This document shows, piece by piece, positions 57,923 through 64,000 of a stretch of 64,000 bases of DNA (positions are counted from its first letter, which is position 1; each line of letters begins with the position of its first letter). Both the position numbers and the translations under genes were made by a program. The DNA is taken from IMG/VR virus record IMGVR_UViG_3300048035_000179, positions 44 through 64,043 of that record; one strand, written 5' to 3'. This stretch comes from a virus (Duplodnaviria > Caudoviricetes). Below the pieces are notes generated by a model. The model had not been told where the DNA came from, searched no databases, and saw nothing but the letters and a program-made list of their open reading frames with translations.

Positions 57923-58432
57923 ATGAATAGCAATAACCTTATAGCAGAATTTATGGGAATAAATGTTGTCACTATTGATAATGTTAGAAAAAACAAGAAT
58001 CCCTATATCTCATCAGCAGATGGATACCTTGAAGACGATTTAAAATACCATTGCTCTTGGGATTGGCTGATGCCTGTAGTTGAGAAAATAGAAAGCGATG
58101 AAAGGTATGATGTTAATATACTACAACATGGCACTTGTATTTTCGATAATCAAAGAGAGATAGTTAACAATATTGCCAACATTTCATTTGATAAAAAAAT
58201 TGAGCATACATATGATGCAGTATTACATTTCATCAAAGATTATAATACAAAAAAGATAGACTATTTATATCTAGTCATTTCATCTATTATGACAAGATAT
58301 GGTAGTTTAAATAATCTCAAATGTCAACTAAGAGAGGATTCCGATGTCGCATATGTCAACATTGCTGATGATACAAATATGGTAGTAAATGAACACGAAG
58401 TAGAAGATATAATTAATCAATTAATAAGATAA
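57923..58432 (+). CDS. IAEFMG...SWDWLMPVVEKIE family protein, copy 2, with a C-terminal extension
   Basis: Paralog of 57637-57921. Confidence 0.75.
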   Translation: MNSNNLIAEFMGINVVTIDNVRKNKNPYISSADGYLEDDLKYHCSWDWLMPVVEKIESDERYDVNILQHGTCIFDNQREIVNNIANISFDKKIEHTYDAVLHFIKDYNTKKIDYLYLVISSIMTRYGSLNNLKCQLREDSDVAYVNIADDTNMVVNEHEVEDIINQLIR

Positions 58433-58443
58433 AACTATATAAG

Positions 58444-58665
58444 ATGGCAAGATTTATTTTAGATGTTATGACAGAAGACATAATAAAAGTATTGGATGTA
58501 ATTGAAAGAGATCATTTTCTTTCAGACAAGGTCACCTCAATAAGATGTATTGATGAGACAAATGATAATCAGTTTTATTCTTGGGATGAAGACACATCAC
58601 CAATGATGAATGTGCTGAGTAAAAAACAATTAAAAACCGACAGAGATATTCTGTCAAAATATTAA
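58444..58665 (+). CDS. Early hypothetical protein
   Basis: Bounded by junction motifs on both sides. Confidence 0.65.
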   Translation: MARFILDVMTEDIIKVLDVIERDHFLSDKVTSIRCIDETNDNQFYSWDEDTSPMMNVLSKKQLKTDRDILSKY

Positions 58666-58676
58666 AACTATATAAT

Positions 58677-59075
58677 ATGAAAGTAAATTTAGAAGGTAGA
58701 TATACATCTACATATGGTTTTGTTGGAAACAACGGATTGGAAAAACACGCTGAAATGACGTTCGGTAAAAATTGGGAAGCCGAAGATGACGTTGAACAAA
58801 TACAACAACTTTGTGACTATATTGAATATGAAAGATACCAAGTTGATTGTATTGAAACTAGAGATGAAGAAGATATAATAGTAAGGGAAGTAGATAATTG
58901 GAAAGAACTCAAAAAATCATTTTCTGATTTGCAAATTGCATTAGAAATAAACAAGAGCAACTTAATGCAACTTGATTGGTTTAATGATTTCGTTGACTTT
59001 GTTCAAGAATATGACGACAACATATATAATAAGGCTCGTGAGTGGGCAGATAATCAAGAAGCAAAAAAAGAATGA
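58677..59075 (+). CDS. Early hypothetical protein
   Basis: Junction-motif start. Confidence 0.65.
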   Translation: MKVNLEGRYTSTYGFVGNNGLEKHAEMTFGKNWEAEDDVEQIQQLCDYIEYERYQVDCIETRDEEDIIVREVDNWKELKKSFSDLQIALEINKSNLMQLDWFNDFVDFVQEYDDNIYNKAREWADNQEAKKE

Positions 59076-59218
59076 TTATTCTGGTGGTAAATAAAAATAG
59101 ATATCTCATCAATGATAAGTCAGTAGTCGCTGATGAGGTATGTTCAAAGATACTTAAACAATATCCTTCTGATGCTGAAGTATACTTTGACGAAGTAAAA
59201 CTTACTGACGTTATTTAA
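59072..59218 (+). CDS. Small hypothetical protein (48 aa), not in the ORF track
   Basis: MIILVVNKNRYLINDK...KLTDVI. ATGA overlap, and its stop is the TAA of the junction motif. Confidence 0.6.
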   Translation: MIILVVNKNRYLINDKSVVADEVCSKILKQYPSDAEVYFDEVKLTDVI

Positions 59219-59229
59219 AACTATATAAT

Positions 59230-59508
59230 ATGATTACAAATGAAATTTTTGAGTCTTACAGAGAAGACCAAGTTAAACAAAAAGAAGCAAAAGGATTTTT
59301 AGAAAGTCAAGGATACTTTGTAGGTAATTTATGGCACGTAGATGACGTGATGAATGATTACAAGTGCAGTAGTGAGGATGCACAAGACATACTTTATTCT
59401 GCCCTTACCAATAACGCTACAATGGAAAGGATATGGTTTGCAATTCAATATCACGCTGAGAATGAATATAATCTTAAAAGGAAAAGTGATGATAGTGAAA
59501 AAAATTAA
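59230..59508 (+). CDS. Early hypothetical protein
   Basis: Junction-motif start. LW.VDDV...A..IL motif. Confidence 0.7.
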   Translation: MITNEIFESYREDQVKQKEAKGFLESQGYFVGNLWHVDDVMNDYKCSSEDAQDILYSALTNNATMERIWFAIQYHAENEYNLKRKSDDSEKN

Positions 59509-59836
59509 AACATATAAGTATAAAGAACTAGATGATCTTGCAAAAGTTGATGTGAAGTTTTGGCTTGATCAAAACCCTATAGACTACGAGAGGGAGGATG
59601 GAACCATTGTAATTGAGTATTTCTCAGATATGGATGAGTGGAGCGTTAACGAACATTGCGAGTTGAACGATTATTTCTTCACTAAAAAAGGTCAGCCTAT
59701 ACATAACATAGTAGTGCAAAATAAATATGTCGGTCAAGGAAGAAGAGAACGTCAAGCAGTTAATAACAACAAAATTATGATTTTTTCTTTTATAGGATTT
59801 TTGGCTTGTGTGATTTATTTGATACTTACAAGATGA
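59489..59836 (+). CDS. Hypothetical protein with a C-terminal TM helix
   Basis: Start reassigned to ATG 59489. Y.Y.EL...AK and N.Y.F...G segments, hydrophobic C-terminus. Confidence 0.6.
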   Translation: MIVKKIKTYKYKELDDLAKVDVKFWLDQNPIDYEREDGTIVIEYFSDMDEWSVNEHCELNDYFFTKKGQPIHNIVVQNKYVGQGRRERQAVNNNKIMIFSFIGFLACVIYLILTR

Positions 59837-59885
59837 GAAGAAAAAATAGTTTAGGAGAAAACGCATTCACGTTCATGCTACTTTC

Positions 59886-60287
59886 TTGGATGTGTTTTAT
59901 AATAATCAAAGTGGTAATAAATATATTATAATGAAAGATAAAACTTATATTTCCGTTGTTAAGGCTAGTTTCTACGCACAACTCTTGTTAGAGGCTCTTG
60001 ACGATTTAGAACAAACTCCAATATTTAGACAATCTCTAAAGTTTAAAGTTAAACAAGCACAATTAGAGTTAGAAAAACAAAACTCAAGATTCATTGAGAC
60101 AATGTTTAAAAATGATGAAGAATTTTTATCAAATCTTCAGAAGCATACTGATGAGTTAATTGATAGATTATCAAAACTTGGGATAGATGAATTACCATTA
60201 GTAAATAAAATACTAGAAGAGTATGAAAAAGATTCAGATCATTGGAAAGAAAATTTAACAATTCAATTTACAAAACTAAATACATAG
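59886..60287 (+). CDS. Hypothetical helical protein (start probably ATG 59931)
   Basis: QLLLEALDDL...F.QSLK motif. Confidence 0.65.
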   Translation: MDVFYNNQSGNKYIIMKDKTYISVVKASFYAQLLLEALDDLEQTPIFRQSLKFKVKQAQLELEKQNSRFIETMFKNDEEFLSNLQKHTDELIDRLSKLGIDELPLVNKILEEYEKDSDHWKENLTIQFTKLNT

Positions 60288-60290
60288 AAT

Positions 60291-60656
60291 ATGTCAGAAA
60301 TAAAAATGGAAACCTTTTTAAAGGAAAACGTGATGGAGGTAGTATCAAAGAAATACAAGTATGCTCCAGAGTCTCTAAAATATTTAAGAGACATTAAAGA
60401 ACAGTTATTAAGTGTTATTTCTACAGTAGATGAAACTATAGAATATATGAATAAGATTCAAAAAGTTAAAGACCAAAACAATGGAGTAGTTTATCCTTTT
60501 GATGAGGGAGATGATTATTGGGTTATTGAAAATGGAAAGGCAGTCTGGTCGTGTTGGGATGATATAAGCGAAGAATACCACAGAGACAATCCTAACAGAG
60601 AATACTTTATGAGTGAAGAAAGTGCAAACCAACAACTTAAAAATTTTCAAAAATGA
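60291..60656 (+). CDS. Hypothetical protein
   Basis: YPFDEGDDYW.IE...WSCWD..SEE.H segment. Confidence 0.65.
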   Translation: MSEIKMETFLKENVMEVVSKKYKYAPESLKYLRDIKEQLLSVISTVDETIEYMNKIQKVKDQNNGVVYPFDEGDDYWVIENGKAVWSCWDDISEEYHRDNPNREYFMSEESANQQLKNFQK

Positions 60657-60811
60657 TCAGAGATAAAAAATTATTCTTTAAAATAAAAGAAATGTTTCCT
60701 GATGCTCCTGATGAGTTTATTAGAAATATGTATCACAACATAAATGGGAAAAAATTTTTATGGAAATTAACTGAAGGAATGAACGATGATTCAAACTCAG
60801 ATGTAAAATAA
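60653..60811 (+). CDS. Small hypothetical protein (52 aa), not in the ORF track
   Basis: MIRDKKLFFKIKEMFPDAPDEF..., with an ATGA overlap. Confidence 0.55.
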   Translation: MIRDKKLFFKIKEMFPDAPDEFIRNMYHNINGKKFLWKLTEGMNDDSNSDVK

Positions 60812-60884
60812 TTTGGTAAGACAATAATAAATGTTATTTTAGCAGTGTCAGACTTATTATCAAACTAAAAAAAAAACTGAAATA

Positions 60885-61196
60885 ATGAACGAAAGTAAAA
60901 TTAAATTACTGCAAGAGCAGTTCGGTTACAAACTTTACCAAGACTTAATTGACTCTGGTGAAGCATGGAAAATTGGTGGTGAGACTACTAAAAAATGTAA
61001 AGACTTACTAATTAAAGGAGTCTGTTTCCTTCCACACAAATCGGTTTATATAAATCTATTTGTATCAATTCCCTCAAGACATCAAGTAAAAAATACGGAT
61101 TTTGGCTCGTTATATCGCTCAAAAAAATATTGGGCAGATGAATGGAATATGTCTACGGAGATTGGTAAAAACATAATGAAAAGTGTAACAATTTAA
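60885..61196 (+). CDS. Hypothetical phage protein
   Basis: Q.LIDSG.AWK..G...G.C.LP...IPSR motif. Confidence 0.65.
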   Translation: MNESKIKLLQEQFGYKLYQDLIDSGEAWKIGGETTKKCKDLLIKGVCFLPHKSVYINLFVSIPSRHQVKNTDFGSLYRSKKYWADEWNMSTEIGKNIMKSVTI

Positions 61197-61209
61197 AAAA
61201 GACAAACCA

Positions 61210-61761
61210 ATGACAAATAATATGAAACTACAGTTAGACGCTGTGGTAAAGACAATTAATGCTGTAACAGGAGCAGATGTAACTGCTAAAGACAGACACA
61301 GAGATAATGTAGATGCTAGATTAATTTTCTACAAAGTAGCAAGAGATATATTTAATATTTCATATACTAAAATAGGCACATACTTAGGTAAGCATCACGC
61401 AACTGTTTTACATGGACTTAAACAGTTTGATAATATTTATGATCAAGATAAAGGATTACGAAATTGTTATGAAGCAGTTATTAATTTATTAGATCAAACC
61501 GATCTTGACGAATACATTGTAGAAAGCAAAGATTTAGTAGTTAAATATGTTCAAGAAAAAAATGCACACCTTTTGTTGAAGCAAAAACATAAAGTTTTTA
61601 ATGAAAAAATAGAGGATAAGGCTTATGAATATATAACAAATATGATTTCTGAATTTCGTTCCACAACACTTGAAAGAATTTTGCTTGACAGGAGTGTTCC
61701 ACATAAATTATCAAATATTCTTGTAGAAGCCTTGGAAAGCAGAGATAAAACAGTATATTGA
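61210..61761 (+). CDS. DnaA C-terminal (domain IV)-like HTH protein
   Basis: R.R..VDAR.IF.......SYTKIG.YLGKHHATVLHG. Confidence 0.8.
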   Translation: MTNNMKLQLDAVVKTINAVTGADVTAKDRHRDNVDARLIFYKVARDIFNISYTKIGTYLGKHHATVLHGLKQFDNIYDQDKGLRNCYEAVINLLDQTDLDEYIVESKDLVVKYVQEKNAHLLLKQKHKVFNEKIEDKAYEYITNMISEFRSTTLERILLDRSVPHKLSNILVEALESRDKTVY

Positions 61762-61784
61762 ATAACTAATTGAACCATTGACTT

Positions 61785-62009
61785 ATGAAGACTCATTCTA
61801 AATACAAAACTATAGCCTTAAATTTATTACAAATTAAGGAAATACCTACAACTGAAGTATGTGAACATATATACGGTTGTAAATCAAAAAAGAGTACTTT
61901 AAATCAAAAAAAGACTGGTCTTTCCCCTTTACAATTCAGTGAATCCACTAGGATTATTGAGTTCTACGGAAACCTAGCAGAAAAAATAAATAACATTTTA
62001 GATGAGTAG
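61785..62009 (+). CDS. Small HTH-like regulator
   Basis: TTEVCEHIYG...STLNQKKTG helix-turn-helix-like pattern. Confidence 0.5.
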   Translation: MKTHSKYKTIALNLLQIKEIPTTEVCEHIYGCKSKKSTLNQKKTGLSPLQFSESTRIIEFYGNLAEKINNILDE

Positions 62010-62053
62010 TGTATGAACACTTGTGCAGATTCCCCTAGGGACTGCACAAATCG

Positions 62054-62083
62054 CCCTTTCTGATCAATAGAGAGGGTTTTTTT
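62054..62083 (+). terminator. Intrinsic terminator ending the early operon
   Basis: CCCTTTCT-GATCAAT-AGAGAGGG-TTTTTTT, preceded by the hairpin TTGTGCAG...CTGCACAA (62021-62049). Confidence 0.75.
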
Positions 62084-62143
62084 ACCCTACATATCAAAAC
62101 TTATTTATTCAACTGATTTTTTTAACTTTTAAATCATTTAACG

Positions 62144-63103
62144 ATGAAGAAAAATTCTTTTTTGTATTTATTACAAGACATAACGCAACAACTAAAAGAT
62201 GGTGACATTCTTAATTATGGGAAGAGATTCTCAAAGAAAACTATAAACTCTTATGAGCAAGTTTACAACACCATGTCATCCTTCAAATATAATTTCAACT
62301 TAGACTCTGTTGACTTAAATAATGTGAGCAGTAGGAGAGAGAGACTTAAAGTTTCTAGACAGATGCAAAGATATGTTAACGACTATCTTAATATCCTGCA
62401 AGAAAAAAGGTATCATCCTAATACAAGGAAGTCTCATCTTAAAACTATAAGGACTACCTTAAAGAAAGGAGAGAAGTACTATGGCTATATGTTTCCTAAG
62501 ATAGAAAGTATGAGAGAGTTGAAGACGGAGGTGGTCACCCTCAATCCGTATCAAGTAAACCTAATTCACACTACACCTCCAAAGAAAAGCCTAAAAGATA
62601 TGTGGTACTATACCAGGATTGCTTTATACTCATGTATGAGAATAAGTGATCTTATAAATTTTGAATGTACAATGGATGGTAATGTTGTTACGATATTAAC
62701 TAAGAAAGGAATGGGAGCATTATCTACATTTTACTTACCCGATGATGTATGTGAATTTATAAAAGAAAAAGGCTCACCTAAATTTTCAAAAAATCATTTT
62801 AGAAGTTTACTAAAAGAACTCCTACAAGAGTACTCAGAGTTTTGGAAAAAGAAAACGGTATATAAATATGACCACGAAGGTAATCCTACACAGGAAACAA
62901 GTTATTTATGGGAGTTAATTACACCTCATAAACTAAGAAGTAGTGGAATTACTTTTCATCTTACAAATGGACTAACTGAGTTAGATGTTCGGAGAATTAG
63001 TGGACACGCCAACAATTCTTCTGCGTTTTACAGATACGTCAATGCAAGTGATACAAAATCTTTGAAACAACAAAAAGAAAATTCGGTTGTTAAAATTAGT
63101 TAA
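62144..63103 (+). CDS. Tyrosine recombinase/integrase
   Basis: Catalytic residues R (MRISDL), K (TKK), HxxR (HKLR), H (SGH) and Y (FYRY). Confidence 0.9.
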   Translation: MKKNSFLYLLQDITQQLKDGDILNYGKRFSKKTINSYEQVYNTMSSFKYNFNLDSVDLNNVSSRRERLKVSRQMQRYVNDYLNILQEKRYHPNTRKSHLKTIRTTLKKGEKYYGYMFPKIESMRELKTEVVTLNPYQVNLIHTTPPKKSLKDMWYYTRIALYSCMRISDLINFECTMDGNVVTILTKKGMGALSTFYLPDDVCEFIKEKGSPKFSKNHFRSLLKELLQEYSEFWKKKTVYKYDHEGNPTQETSYLWELITPHKLRSSGITFHLTNGLTELDVRRISGHANNSSAFYRYVNASDTKSLKQQKENSVVKIS

Positions 63104-63141
63104 CTGTTAATATATAGTTAATAAGTCTGACATGAACGCTT

Positions 63142-63456
63142 GTGCAGACTAATATTTTGTTTTACATTCGAGTAAATAAACCACGACATGATAAATACCA
63201 ATATGAAATGGTCAGATTTGACTACGAAAATAGCGAGATTATTCATGATCGTAAAAGGTTTTCACTGAGAGATTTTAAAATTTTTCTGTTAACACATTAC
63301 GAAGAAGTTTGTATGGAGCGCAGAATCACAGGATGGATTTTTGATTGGGAATCTATATTCTTTCACACACGAAAGTATTATATAGTAAATTTTTATTTAA
63401 ACAATTTAATAGATTATAACAATGGCAAAACTAAAAAGAAAACTAAAGACTACTAA
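63142..63456 (+). CDS. Hypothetical protein (start probably 63188 region or 63208)
   Basis: ORF between the integrase and the SSAP. The 5' part overlaps a probable promoter. Confidence 0.5.
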   Translation: MQTNILFYIRVNKPRHDKYQYEMVRFDYENSEIIHDRKRFSLRDFKIFLLTHYEEVCMERRITGWIFDWESIFFHTRKYYIVNFYLNNLIDYNNGKTKKKTKDY

Positions 63457-63958
63457 AATCTCTGGAGGAAAAGAAATTGTTCCTTGGGTGGAGAGATTAA
63501 ATTACTTCAATGATTACTTCAGACCTGAAGGATATGTTTTAAAAACAGACATTATAGAAATGAACGATAGTGTTATCGTTATGCAAGGTCAAGTGCTAAA
63601 CTCTGATGGAAGACTTGTTTCTGATGGTATAGCATTTAAAAAATCTAATGAACATTTTGCTTATCAAAAGTGTCAGTCTGGTGCATTAAACAGAGCCTTA
63701 TTTATTTTAGGTATTGTTAATAGTGGTGAAGATACTATAATGGATGAAGATGAGGCAAAAGAACTTACAAGAAATAAACTTCAAGATGCGTCAGAGGCTT
63801 ATGCTAATATGTTAGCACATATTCCTGTTGACTATACTGTTGTTGAATCAAGACTTCCCTTTTATAAAAATCAATTGACAAGTCAACAAATGACTGAATT
63901 AAAAAAGTTGATTAATGTTGAAAAGGCAAAAAAAGCAGTAGCAAAGGCTACTAAATAA
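63422..63958 (+). CDS. Rad52/Sak-like single-strand annealing protein
   Basis: V..VERL.YF...G.A...C.S.AL.RAL..LGI pattern. Lies two genes before the YqaJ exonuclease across the genome junction. Confidence 0.65.
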   Translation: MAKLKRKLKTTKISGGKEIVPWVERLNYFNDYFRPEGYVLKTDIIEMNDSVIVMQGQVLNSDGRLVSDGIAFKKSNEHFAYQKCQSGALNRALFILGIVNSGEDTIMDEDEAKELTRNKLQDASEAYANMLAHIPVDYTVVESRLPFYKNQLTSQQMTELKKLINVEKAKKAVAKATK

Positions 63959-64000
63959 AAACCATAGGGGAAGGATTTCATAACCAACAACAAGAATAAG
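63833..64000. repeat. Terminal direct repeat, right copy
   Basis: Matches 1-168 with a single A/G difference. Confidence 0.95.

Larger units (their letters stand above)
56004..59232 (+). repeat. Dispersed 17-bp gene-junction repeat TAAAACTATATAA(T/G)ATG
   Basis: Copies start at 56004, 56150, 57046, 57623, 58430, 58663 and 59216, each ending in the start codon of a gene. Confidence 0.9.

Noticed and set aside
56004-59232. CRISPR array
   Set aside because: The repeats are only 17 bp and are separated by whole genes of about 130-900 bp. There are no cas genes.
56430-60720. Additional hammerheads at other CTGA(T/C)GA sites (about 56436, 57538, 59130, 60147, 60708)
   Set aside because: All are inside coding sequence and lack stem II plus GAAA and the stem I/III pairing.
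63095-63130. XerC/D dif-like site next to the recombinase
   Set aside because: An AT-rich inverted repeat is present, but there is no convincing TTATGTTAAAT XerD arm.
1-64000. Stop-codon reassignment as in some crAss-like phages
   Set aside because: Long genes are intact in code 11. TAG and TGA terminate genes at tight junctions, and no suppressor tRNA was seen.

Overview
The window is an essentially complete, terminally redundant or circularly permuted dsDNA tailed-phage genome. The unit length is about 63,832 bp: bases 1-168 recur at 63833-64000 with one mismatch. The host is probably Bacteroidota/Flavobacteriia, based on DUF3127-like SSBs, TAnnTTTG-type promoters and A-rich leaders without Shine-Dalgarno sequences. 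Layout: (i) a + strand recombination/replication module (63.1 kb across the junction to 5.9 kb) with a Rad52/Sak-like SSAP, YqaJ exonuclease, HTH initiator, T7 gp4-like primase-helicase, resolvase and SSB, but no DNA polymerase; (ii) a long - strand late operon (48.5 to 5.9 kb) with TerL, portal, scaffold, MCP, tail fibres, crAss-like ring/muzzle proteins, a 2664-aa ejection/polyvalent protein, amidase and holin; (iii) a cluster of very basic microproteins (48.7-50.8 kb); (iv) a short - strand unit with a tandem GroES; (v) a putative origin at about 53.1 kb; (vi) a + strand early/accessory region (54-62 kb) followed by a tyrosine recombinase. The most notable signals are non-coding and lie in the early region: a complete type I hammerhead ribozyme directly upstream of the DUF932 gene, a GU-rich long hairpin and a tRNA-like acceptor/T-arm minihelix in later intergenic gaps, and an array of small genes joined by a conserved 17-bp stop-to-start junction (TAAAACTATATAAKATG). 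A strand-biased GC-rich octamer, GGTCRCCY, is also over-represented genome-wide. All family assignments come from motif recognition by eye, not database searches.
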